Source of the DNA: Promethearchaeota archaeon
GTDB lineage: Archaea; Asgardarchaeota; Lokiarchaeia; Sigyniarchaeales; SOKP01
Length of the DNA stretch: 41,915 nt
Direction: 5' to 3'
NCBI GenBank assembly: GCA_048940645.1
Contig: JBHLOI010000032.1
Location: 1-41,915 of the forward strand
The position numbers were made by a program, and so were the translations under genes. Every line of letters starts with the position of its first letter. Position 1 is the stretch's first letter. This document shows, piece after piece, positions 10,365 through 19,468 of this stretch. The notes below the pieces were generated by a model. That model was not told the DNA's origin and ran no database searches. It saw only the letters and a list, made by a program, of their open reading frames with translations.

Positions 10365-12182
10365 TTATTCCAATTCTTTATAGTTGTTTATCATGTCATA
10401 TGTATTTTTCAATGATTTTCCCGATTGCCATTCATTTATAAGAATGAATTTCTGGATTAGTTCGTTTGCATTTTTTGGTAATTCTTTTTTAAATTCTATG
10501 TATCTTGGGACCATAAAATAAGCTAAATTTTGCTGTAAAAAATTTTGAAACTCTTTATGAGTAATCGAAGCTCCTTTCCGAATCACAGCACATATTTTTA
10601 AATCATTTTCTAGGGAATTATTGCCAGAAACTTCAAAAACAGTACTTTCGATTATAAGTGGATGGGAATTTGCTACTATTTCGATGTCTACCGCGAAAAA
10701 TGTCTCTTTTCCTCGGCGAATCATATCAGATTTCCTTCCTAAGTAATATATGAAACCTTGATGATCCATATAACCAAAATCACCTGTATAAACCCATCTG
10801 TCTTCTCCTTTCCTTGTAATAGTTTCCTCTTGTAAATTATAATATTCAAGTTCAAAAGGAAGTCTTGTCCTTGCACAAATTTCCCCAATCTGATCTCGTC
10901 CAGGTGGAAGTTCTTGTCCTTCTGAATCAACGATTTTTATTTCAACACCTCGAGCAGGTTTTCCGATAGAACCAAGTTTTCCACCTTTAGAACCGACGTT
11001 ATTAATAGTAAACCCAATTCCCTCAACAAGAGACCAAATTTCAATTAATTGAATCCCAAATCTTCTTTCGAAGGATTCCCATATCTTTTTTAAAGCACCA
11101 GCACCAAATGCATATTTAATTGAATGATTTCTATCCAATTTTGACGGTGCTTGATTTACGAGTGTGGCTAAGTGTGCTCCATAATAACAAAAGCCATCCG
11201 GTCTATGTTTTTCCACATCACTCCAGAAAGTTGAAATATTGAAATTTTCTGCAATTACTATCGATCCATTATAATACATAATAGGTATTATCAAGAAAAA
11301 TCGTTCTAATCCTTGACACAGTGGCAATGGACAATAGAATTTATTTAGGTTCTCACCAAATCCTAAATTTTCTAATTGTTTCCCCACACTAATTCCTGAT
11401 AATGTGTAATAATTTCGGTATACCACACCTTTTGGTTTTCCCGTAGTTCCTGATGTATATGCGATTTCAAGAGGATCAAAACTATTTACACGAGTATTAG
11501 GATTGTCTGAATTTACAGACAAAATTTCTGAAAAATCTGCATATTTACCACTGTATTTAAAATCATCGGGTGCATTTTGAATAAATATTTTCTGAATTTT
11601 TGGAATCTTTTCATTAATTTCTTCAAAATTTATAAGATATTTATAATCGATGATTAGTATTTCAGAATTACTGTTTCTCAACACAAATTCCAATAAGTCC
11701 CCTTTTAATAAATAACTCAATGGAACAAATAGACTACCAGTTTTTGCTATAGCGAACCAACAAAATAGAGTTTCTGGACAATTTGGAAACAATAAAGAAA
11801 TATTAGGTTTCTTTAATTTTAATTTTTTAATTTGCAGGATAAGACCATTTGCTATCTGATTTGAAATTATGTTTACATCTTTATATGAATAAACCTTATC
11901 ATTAAAGTAAAGAAATGGCATGTCTTGATTCATTAATGCTTTACATTCTACGAGTTTTGGCAGTGTAGCAGCCTCAATACCGTAATTTTTAGTGAGATCA
12001 CTTAGATTATATATCTTCCGAATTTCCAAACGCTCACCTTTTAACTCTATCACGACCTCTTCTTTATCTCTAAAAGGAAAAGCACTGTCTTTAGCTATTG
12101 CACTTGGGATATAAGCCCAAAAAGTAGAATATTTAGAGTTACCGGATGTTTTCTCCGAAATTTTACTTTTACCAATTTTCAT
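10365..12182 (-). CDS. AMP-binding (CaiC-like acyl-CoA ligase fold) protein with N-terminal AbrB-like domain
   Basis: YTSGTTGKPKG P-loop, YTGD, GRKSD; N-terminal ~57 aa FWAYIPSAIAKD..F...EEVVIEL resembles an AbrB/SpoVT swapped hairpin. Confidence 0.85.
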   Translation of the reverse strand: MKIGKSKISEKTSGNSKYSTFWAYIPSAIAKDSAFPFRDKEEVVIELKGERLEIRKIYNLSDLTKNYGIEAATLPKLVECKALMNQDMPFLYFNDKVYSYKDVNIISNQIANGLILQIKKLKLKKPNISLLFPNCPETLFCWFAIAKTGSLFVPLSYLLKGDLLEFVLRNSNSEILIIDYKYLINFEEINEKIPKIQKIFIQNAPDDFKYSGKYADFSEILSVNSDNPNTRVNSFDPLEIAYTSGTTGKPKGVVYRNYYTLSGISVGKQLENLGFGENLNKFYCPLPLCQGLERFFLIIPIMYYNGSIVIAENFNISTFWSDVEKHRPDGFCYYGAHLATLVNQAPSKLDRNHSIKYAFGAGALKKIWESFERRFGIQLIEIWSLVEGIGFTINNVGSKGGKLGSIGKPARGVEIKIVDSEGQELPPGRDQIGEICARTRLPFELEYYNLQEETITRKGEDRWVYTGDFGYMDHQGFIYYLGRKSDMIRRGKETFFAVDIEIVANSHPLIIESTVFEVSGNNSLENDLKICAVIRKGASITHKEFQNFLQQNLAYFMVPRYIEFKKELPKNANELIQKFILINEWQSGKSLKNTYDMINNYKELE

Positions 12183-12201
12183 TTTGAATTTTTTAAAAAA
12201 A

Positions 12202-12217
12202 TTTTACTATTGTAAAA
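12202..12217. promoter_or_regulatory. TTTTAC-N4-GTAAAA palindrome (putative operator 3)
   Basis: TTTTACTATTGTAAAA about 20 bp upstream of the start at 12182; same arms and spacer as the sites at 15892 and 15982. Confidence 0.5.
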
Positions 12218-12264
12218 AAAGAATTCCTAACGTAAAAAGAATTTTTTTTTTAAAATATTTTTTT

Positions 12265-14268
12265 TTATAAAGGAATTTTATCATATTCTTGTTTTATTAA
12301 AGGGAATCTGTCAAGATTATAATGAGGAAAATAAAGAGAAAAGGTATATTCCTTTTGAAAGGAAGGTGTTGATGCAATTTCTCTATATTTCACTTCATGA
12401 GCAATCTCATTTGCCAGAGTTCTTTGCTCAATATCTTTTATAAACAATTGTGCTCCAATTCCTGCTGCATTTCCAATCTGAAAAATTTTGTCTTGCTCTA
12501 CCTCAGGAAATAAACCTATAAAAGTAGCATTCTCTTTATTGATGTAAGTTCCAAAAGCCCCCGCTAAAAGTATTTGTTCAAGAGAATCTTTCTTTTTGTT
12601 TTCCATTTCAAGTAATAAATTAGCTGCACATAAAAATGCACCTTTCGCTAATTGCAACTGATTTATATCTTTCTGACAAATCGTAATCTCCTTTAAATTA
12701 TTATTATCGTTATTTGTTTCAAATTGTTCAGCATCCCACTCTGGTTTATATATAATATAATGGAATCCATCTTCTTTTTTTACAATACGACGGTTTTTCA
12801 TTATTTTTTCTGATTTGTCGTTAAATTTTCCTGCTCTTGTAATGATATTTAATTTTAACATTTCAGCTACAATATCAATTAATCCCGAACCACATAATCC
12901 AAGTGGAACTATTTCTCCTATTACGGTAATTGAAGGTTCTAATGTATCCCTATTTATACTTACTGATTCTATTGCACCTTCAGAAGCTCGCATTCCATGT
13001 AAAATGTGCGCGCCCTCTAATGCTGAACCTGCAGCGCAAGAGCCTGTTACCAAACCTTTATTATTTCCCAGAACTAGTTCACCATTAGTTCCAATATCAA
13101 TTAATAGAGAATATTTATTACATCTATAGATTTTAGATGAGATTATACATCCAATGGTATCAGTTCCTACATAACCAGCAATAACAGGAGGAGAATATAT
13201 ATTTACATTTGAATTACACCTTATTCCTTGTTTTTCAGCACTTATATTAATTGGGGCTTTAAACGCTGGAACAAAAGGAGATCTAGATAAATACTGGGGG
13301 GTAACTCCAAAAAAAATATGATGCATTCCAGTATTACCCACAACCGAAATATCTTTAACACATGAAATAGAAATATTAGCCTTATGGCAACAATCCTCAA
13401 TGATTTCATTAATAGCGTTAACTAACAATTTTTTCGCTTTATGAATTGCATCATTTTTTACAATATACGTAATTCGTGAAATTAAATCTTCCCCGATAGC
13501 CACTTGAGGATTTAACATTGCAGAAACTGCAACAGTTTCTCCTGTTTTTAAATAAATTAAATATCCCACAATGGTTGTAGTCCCAATATCGATTGCTAAT
13601 CCAAAAGTCTCTTTAGATTTATCTCCGGCATCAATATCATAGAGAATCCACTGATCTCCCAAAGAGAGCCTTCTAAAATAAGTAGTAACAAGTCCATTGT
13701 TTTCCCTAATAATATATGGTAATTTTTGAATGACCAAATATAGAGTATCATCAACATAGAAAGTAGGGTGATATTCCTTGTTAGTATAACATATATTACT
13801 TGCTATTATCCCTTCAAATAAACCAGATAAATCATTTCGTGGATTAGTCAAATTTGCAGAGGTGACCTTACACAAATGTGAAGTTATTACGGGATGAACT
13901 TTTTTGTTATGTTTAATTCCAAGAGATTCTAACCCAGCATCAACTAAAATTCTAGTTCCCCTCGAAACTAACGAATTAGTTAAATAAACTCTTATATCTC
14001 CAAAAACCCTAGTTTGACATGCCAATCTAAAGCCTTCTAATATATTTTGGCTACCTAAAATTTTCTTTTCTTTTTCTGTTGGTTCTGAAATTTTTGGATA
14101 AGGATCTTGAACATTAATTTTGCATTTTCCACAGGTTCCCTTACCTGCACATAAAGCACTCATGGGGAAGTCCAATGCTAAAAGTGATTCATATACTGTA
14201 GAACCTTCCACAACATTTATTCGTTTAGATATTGGCTCTAAAATAAGCGTAATTCTCTTATTCTTCAT
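12265..14268 (-). CDS. reductive activator of corrinoid proteins (RACo; 2Fe-2S + ASKHA/DUF4445)
   Basis: CAGKGTCGKC...RLACQ 2Fe-2S domain; DIGTTT, DIGTNGE, CAAGSALEG, AGAFG, GNAAG. Confidence 0.93.
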   Translation of the reverse strand: MKNKRITLILEPISKRINVVEGSTVYESLLALDFPMSALCAGKGTCGKCKINVQDPYPKISEPTEKEKKILGSQNILEGFRLACQTRVFGDIRVYLTNSLVSRGTRILVDAGLESLGIKHNKKVHPVITSHLCKVTSANLTNPRNDLSGLFEGIIASNICYTNKEYHPTFYVDDTLYLVIQKLPYIIRENNGLVTTYFRRLSLGDQWILYDIDAGDKSKETFGLAIDIGTTTIVGYLIYLKTGETVAVSAMLNPQVAIGEDLISRITYIVKNDAIHKAKKLLVNAINEIIEDCCHKANISISCVKDISVVGNTGMHHIFFGVTPQYLSRSPFVPAFKAPINISAEKQGIRCNSNVNIYSPPVIAGYVGTDTIGCIISSKIYRCNKYSLLIDIGTNGELVLGNNKGLVTGSCAAGSALEGAHILHGMRASEGAIESVSINRDTLEPSITVIGEIVPLGLCGSGLIDIVAEMLKLNIITRAGKFNDKSEKIMKNRRIVKKEDGFHYIIYKPEWDAEQFETNNDNNNLKEITICQKDINQLQLAKGAFLCAANLLLEMENKKKDSLEQILLAGAFGTYINKENATFIGLFPEVEQDKIFQIGNAAGIGAQLFIKDIEQRTLANEIAHEVKYREIASTPSFQKEYTFSLYFPHYNLDRFPLIKQEYDKIPL

Positions 14269-14344
14269 ACAAAAACATCTTATATAGTTACATTCTTTTG
14301 AAATTTGTTCAAATAAAAAAATGGCAAGGATACATTACATATTA

Positions 14345-15007
14345 TTAATTCTTTAACCATTTATCAATAATATCAACACCCTGTAAAGCATCTTTTGCAT
14401 AAGCATCTGCATTTGTCTCTTCTGCGATTTCAGGTGATACTGCAGCACCACCCAAAATCACTTTTATCTTTGTTGCTAAATCTCCACTTTTTAATAAAGA
14501 TAAGGCTCTTTTTATTGCGGGTTCTGCTGAAGTAAGTAGAAAGGATATCCCAATAACTTTAACATTTGGTAAACGAGCTGCTTCTTTAAATCTTTCAGGT
14601 TTCACATCTGTTCCAAGATCTATAACATCCATACCATAAGATTTCATTAAAGCAATTAATATATTTTTACCCAAGTTATGGATATCACCTTCAATTGTTC
14701 CAATAACTATCTTTCCTGTGTAATTTCTACTCTTAGCTAAATTAATTCTAGTTTGATCATCCACACATAAGATTTCGCCCTCAAGAGCTTCAGCCGCTAA
14801 AATAAGCCCCATCTCTCCGGATTGTTCCAATCCTTTTAAAATTCCTTTCTTTACTATTTCGATTATTGGTACCTCTGCGTCTATTGCTTGCTTTATCGTT
14901 TCTTTCATCGAATAAAAGTCAAGCGAATTAACCGCTTCAATGATGCAATTGAGGTAATAGGAATGCTCTTTGGTTTTCTTTTTGTTTTTTAAACTCACCT
15001 CTTCCAT
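14345..15007 (-). CDS. corrinoid (B12-binding) protein of a methyltransferase system
   Basis: GDIHNLGKN (DxHxxG), DLGTDV, ISFLLT, ILGGA; ATG at 15007 is preceded by GAGGT. Confidence 0.9.
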   Translation of the reverse strand: MEEVSLKNKKKTKEHSYYLNCIIEAVNSLDFYSMKETIKQAIDAEVPIIEIVKKGILKGLEQSGEMGLILAAEALEGEILCVDDQTRINLAKSRNYTGKIVIGTIEGDIHNLGKNILIALMKSYGMDVIDLGTDVKPERFKEAARLPNVKVIGISFLLTSAEPAIKRALSLLKSGDLATKIKVILGGAAVSPEIAEETNADAYAKDALQGVDIIDKWLKN

Positions 15008-15048
15008 TAATAGCACTACCTCATTTTTTTCCTTAATCATTGATATTA

Positions 15049-15834
15049 TTAAATTATAAAGATAATACCATGCCAAACAACAAAAGGAACAGATTCCTTT
15101 GGATGTTCAGGATTAATTACATATGGTGCTTTTTCACCACACTTTACCGCTGTAGCAAAACTATCTACTCCACATGCCTCTAATGCTGGTCGAGCTCTTA
15201 AATATTGCCGGCACATTTGATTATCGAGCACAGGGCAAGGAGGTATTTTTTTTTGTTGCATCAATTCCTTAAAATATTCTGGTGAGAAGAATCCACAACC
15301 AACACAAGGTCCGCCTTTAAATCCCATAGCAAGATAATACCCCATGTATGTTGCTTCTACTTCGATCATTGAAACCATTTGATTTAATAAATTTACATCT
15401 CCTTGAACACCTAGAAGAATGCTTGGAAAGACATGATTTTGGATTGGTGGATAGAAGGATATTAAAATTGCATGTTTATAACTATTAACAATTTCTCTCA
15501 TCTCTTCAGTAGTTGGAGAATGTGGTGGACAATTAATACTCGTTCCATAGCCAAAACACACTGGAATTCGACATTTCCACCGCACGCGTGGATCTATTAC
15601 GATTTTATCTGTTGTTATTAATTTAGCATGGCCATTAGCTTTAATTTTTGATTTTGTAATTATTTCATCTATGATTTTATTAGATCGTTCAATGAGTTCG
15701 TGAAATATCTTATCATCAGGCTCAAATTGTATTGGAGAGGGTGGTCTGTCTTTCTTTTTTGGTAATAGTCTTCGCCACTTGTAGGATATTTGAGACCATT
15801 CTTTCTCTACTTCAGGTATTAATTTCTGTGTCAT
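15049..15834 (-). CDS. DUF2284 family Cys-rich metal-binding protein
   Basis: KCRIPVCFGYG...CPPH, GPCVGC, C...ARPALEACGVD. Confidence 0.85.
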   Translation of the reverse strand: MTQKLIPEVEKEWSQISYKWRRLLPKKKDRPPSPIQFEPDDKIFHELIERSNKIIDEIITKSKIKANGHAKLITTDKIVIDPRVRWKCRIPVCFGYGTSINCPPHSPTTEEMREIVNSYKHAILISFYPPIQNHVFPSILLGVQGDVNLLNQMVSMIEVEATYMGYYLAMGFKGGPCVGCGFFSPEYFKELMQQKKIPPCPVLDNQMCRQYLRARPALEACGVDSFATAVKCGEKAPYVINPEHPKESVPFVVWHGIIFII

Positions 15835-15891
15835 TAAATTTTTACCCTATTTTTTTTCTAAAATACTCCTTTAATTATTAAAATAATTATG

Positions 15892-15911
15892 ATTTTTACG
15901 TACGTAAAAAT
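15892..15911. promoter_or_regulatory. perfect 20-bp palindrome, putative operator 1
   Basis: ATTTTTACGTACGTAAAAAT, centred about 27 bp downstream of a minus-strand TTTATA box (15929-15934). Confidence 0.7.
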
Positions 15912-15981
15912 ACTCCTATGGTAGTAAATATAAATCTTAGGTTAAAATGAACCCGTCATAATTTATAAAACTTATCAATTA

Positions 15982-15995
15982 TTTACGGACGTAAA
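15982..15995. promoter_or_regulatory. near-perfect palindrome, putative operator 2
   Basis: TTTACGGACGTAAA, one mismatch to operator 1, just downstream of plus-strand TTTATAAA (15962-15969). Confidence 0.65.
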
Positions 15996-16139
15996 ATATT
16001 ACAAGGAGAAATAGGGAAAGCTTAACAAAACAATTACAAAAATTATCTTATCGAGTAAAATTGTATTAAACCATAAAGAAAATTTATTAAGAAATAAGAG
16101 GAATAATATCATCCAACAAAAAAATTATTGTGAAATTTT

Positions 16140-17558
16140 ATGGTTAATAAAAATTCGAAATTAGAACGGAAAAAATTCTCATATAAACGGGCAGCTGCAT
16201 ACGGAATTGGACAATTATCAGATATAGCATCTTATCAAGCATTTACATTTCTCACCTTCACATTTTATTTTGCTGTGGTTGGAATCGAAATTTTTTGGAT
16301 ATCTATTGGTTTCATAATATGGTCAATTTGGAATAGCTTCAATGATACATTTATAGGGCATTTATCAGATCGAACCCATACTAAATATGGACGCCGATTT
16401 CCATGGATAATGGTTGCTTTATTCCCTATTGCATTAATTATGTTCTTATTATTCACACCGCCAGCTACATGGGGATTTTCTGATATTATTGGAAATTACA
16501 TATATTTTCTTGTCATTATCATTGTTTTTGAACTATTTTTTACTATGTATGACATCAATTTTACTGCGTTATACCCTGAAATTTTTCTTACTGAGGAAGA
16601 GAGAACAAAAGGCAATAATGTTAGGCAATTATTTGCAATCTTTGGATTAATTGCCGCTTTTATTATGCCTGGACTATTTATTTCAAGTTATACCAGTCCA
16701 AAACCAGGAGAATATCCTCTTTATGGAATAATCGTCGCAATTGTGGTTATAGTACCGGGTCTACTTTTTATAAAATTCTCTCCTAAAGAAAGGGTTGAAT
16801 TTCGCGAGGATTATAAAAATGCTCCAAAATTTTTTAATACACTTAAATTTTGTGTCAAAAGTAAAAGCTTTATAAGATATATCCCCGCAGAAATCGCGAA
16901 CTGGTTCGTATATGGAATGCTACCTGTAATAGTCCCTTTATATGGTGAATTTATTTTAGGATTTGAAGACCCACTGATGATTTCTTTATTATTGGGTGCA
17001 ACTTTCTTATCAGCAGCACTTTTTATGACCCTTTTATGGAAACCATTAGTTCAAAGATTAGGTCCAAGAAAATCTTGGCTAATTTCAATGAGTATCTGGA
17101 TTGCTACCCTTGCTCCACTATTTTTCCTTAATTCAGCAATGCCATTTTTAGAAGTAATCGCGTTTATTGTATTTTTTTTGATAGGAATTGGTTTATCTGG
17201 TTCCCTTTATATAATTGATATTATTATTGCAGATATTGTTGATGAGGATGAGGTAAATACCGGAGCACGTAGGGAAGGGGGTTATTATGGGGTAAATATT
17301 TTCTTTCAAAGATTCGCTACTGTTTTTGTGTTTTTAATTATAGGTCCTGTTTTTTTAATCGCTGATTATCCTTATTTCACTGGAAGCATAACTCCAGAAA
17401 TCGAATTTGGATTTAGAAGCTTGATGTTTATATATCCTGCTATAGCGCTACTAATTGCAATTATAGCGATATTTTTTTATCCTTTAGATGGTAAAAGATT
17501 AAAGCAGGTAAAAGAACAAAGAGAAAGAATTCACCAAGAAAAAAAATCAAAAATGTAA
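16140..17558 (+). CDS. MFS transporter, GPH family
   Basis: WNSFNDTFIGHLSDRT..KYGRRFPW, ADIVDEDE..TGARREG; about 12 TM segments. Confidence 0.92.
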   Translation: MVNKNSKLERKKFSYKRAAAYGIGQLSDIASYQAFTFLTFTFYFAVVGIEIFWISIGFIIWSIWNSFNDTFIGHLSDRTHTKYGRRFPWIMVALFPIALIMFLLFTPPATWGFSDIIGNYIYFLVIIIVFELFFTMYDINFTALYPEIFLTEEERTKGNNVRQLFAIFGLIAAFIMPGLFISSYTSPKPGEYPLYGIIVAIVVIVPGLLFIKFSPKERVEFREDYKNAPKFFNTLKFCVKSKSFIRYIPAEIANWFVYGMLPVIVPLYGEFILGFEDPLMISLLLGATFLSAALFMTLLWKPLVQRLGPRKSWLISMSIWIATLAPLFFLNSAMPFLEVIAFIVFFLIGIGLSGSLYIIDIIIADIVDEDEVNTGARREGGYYGVNIFFQRFATVFVFLIIGPVFLIADYPYFTGSITPEIEFGFRSLMFIYPAIALLIAIIAIFFYPLDGKRLKQVKEQRERIHQEKKSKM

Positions 17559-17701
17559 GTTTTTCTACATTTTTTTTAATATTTAAAAAAAATTGAAAGT
17601 AGCAAATTTGTATATTAATATGTTCTTGAAGTCCTTTTTTGTTATACCTATTACTACTTTTCTATAATTAGTTTTTTGGTTTAATTTAATTTACCAAATA
17701 T

Positions 17702-18250
17702 TTATTCAACAATATTTAAATAATACTCAAAGCGGAACTCGAGACCAGGAACTCCAAAAATATACCCTCCATAATCCACAAAGATCCTCCAATAATTCTT
17801 GCCATCTCCTTGGTAAGGTCTTTTTACCCAGAATTCCCATCTTAAAAGGTATTCTCCTCCTGGTGCAAAATATTCTGGTCCAAATATGTAATACCACACG
17901 GAGTTTTTAATCATTTCTGGGTCAGTTATATCCTTAACAAAAATATCATATCTTCGTAAAACGATTTCCTCATTGTTAATGAAGAGTTTTATTTCCCATG
18001 GATTTTTAGGGGCTAAATCATTTTCTATTTCTTCTTCTGTTGATGCCCAGCCAAAAGCAAAAAAGAGGTTTTCTGAAGCACTAAACGGCCACGATTCACC
18101 TACAAACGTAGGAAGTAAAAGATTGTTACTCATCTGACCTTGTGGGATGAAAGGAGGGATGCCTGCGTTAACGTGGGGTATAAAGCTGAAAGCCAAGATA
18201 CCTAAAGCAGCGAATAGAATACTCATTTTTAAAAAATTTTTTTTATTCAT
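17702..18250 (-). CDS. secreted hypothetical protein
   Basis: Basic N-terminus, hydrophobic core and VNA cleavage-like site; aromatic-rich mature region. Confidence 0.75.
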   Translation of the reverse strand: MNKKNFLKMSILFAALGILAFSFIPHVNAGIPPFIPQGQMSNNLLLPTFVGESWPFSASENLFFAFGWASTEEEIENDLAPKNPWEIKLFINNEEIVLRRYDIFVKDITDPEMIKNSVWYYIFGPEYFAPGGEYLLRWEFWVKRPYQGDGKNYWRIFVDYGGYIFGVPGLEFRFEYYLNIVE

Positions 18251-18373
18251 TTAAATTCCACCCTATTCTTATTGTTTTTATTTTATTTTTTTAAAAATCA
18301 TCTTTTTTATCGGTTTTTTCGTAGATTTCTACATGAAAGATGGTACAGTATGATATAAGACTTAAATCGGTAC

Positions 18374-18401
18374 TGTCCCATTATCAATGATAGATGGGAC
18401 A
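18374..18401. promoter_or_regulatory. inverted repeat, putative operator
   Basis: TGTCCCAT-TATCAATGATAG-ATGGGACA between divergent genes, just downstream of a minus-strand TTTAAATA box (18408-18415). Confidence 0.6.
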
Positions 18402-18517
18402 CACTCATATTTAAATGTTTCCATCACTATTCATTATATAAAGAAAATAAAATTTTAGTAGAACAAAATTATAAATTGTTTTAGAATTCTTAATTAAAAC
18501 TTAAATTGATTACTTTT

Positions 18518-19294
18518 ATGAAAAACAATCAAGATGATGAATCAGAAAGATTTGATAAAGATAATGTTGATACTGTAGAAAATGGCACTGGAGATTTATC
18601 GATTAAACAAAAATTTTATGGTCACCTTTATTTAGGAAAAGATTGGGAATCTTTAATTTCTAAACATACTTCACGTTATGATATTTGGATGTTTCTCAAT
18701 TTATATCATGAATTAAATGTTAGTCAAATAAGTAAATATATAAAACAAAGTAAATCTACAGTATCAAGAGTCTTAAAGGCCATGGAAAGTGATGGACTTT
18801 TGGCATCTAGAAGGGGAAAAATAAAAGTAGGAGAACGAGAAAGAATACCACCGAAATATTATCGTATTAGTAAAAAGTATAGGAAGGAAGAGGAAATCGA
18901 AAGAGCTTTTATGGAAATCCCTTCAGACCCACAAGAATTACATGATTTTTTGCTTTCAGAAATTCGAAACTATCAAAGTGCTATATATAATGTTATTAGA
19001 TTGGTAAATTATTTGAGTTCCTCACTTAATCATCTTGATGATCATTTGGAAGATATTAAAAAAGCAAAAGAGATTTATAAAGAGTTTTTATCAGGAATTA
19101 ATGAACCAGAATTTAATTTTGTGTTTTTAGACAAGAAGCGGTTTAGGAAATTTTATGATCTACGTTTAGAATATATATTAAAATTGAAAAAGTTAATTAT
19201 GGAACAAGAATTAGATGCAGAGAGTGCTTTTGTTTATTTTGATTCTTTTTTACCTTTAAAAGCTCTTTTAAAATTATATAAAAAAGTTATATAA
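18518..19294 (+). CDS. winged-helix transcriptional regulator (ArsR/MarR-like)
   Basis: ELNVSQISKYIKQSKSTVSRVLKAMESDGLL HTH followed by a wing (KYYRI). Confidence 0.85.
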   Translation: MKNNQDDESERFDKDNVDTVENGTGDLSIKQKFYGHLYLGKDWESLISKHTSRYDIWMFLNLYHELNVSQISKYIKQSKSTVSRVLKAMESDGLLASRRGKIKVGERERIPPKYYRISKKYRKEEEIERAFMEIPSDPQELHDFLLSEIRNYQSAIYNVIRLVNYLSSSLNHLDDHLEDIKKAKEIYKEFLSGINEPEFNFVFLDKKRFRKFYDLRLEYILKLKKLIMEQELDAESAFVYFDSFLPLKALLKLYKKVI

Positions 19295-19468
19295 TAATTT
19301 CATTTTTTTTTAGACACGCTGAAAATAATTTACATATCCAAAAGCTATTATGATCTTTTCAAATCAAGTTTATTAAATTTATATAATTGACAAGACTATT
19401 TCTTATTATATTGTAAAAACATTATTTTGCAAGTACAACTCTATTTTAGCCTTTTTTGATATGATAAT

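Noticed and set aside
15008-15076. N-terminal extension of the corrinoid protein ORF
   Set aside because: It overlaps the DUF2284 gene end; ATG 15007 has a GAGGT site
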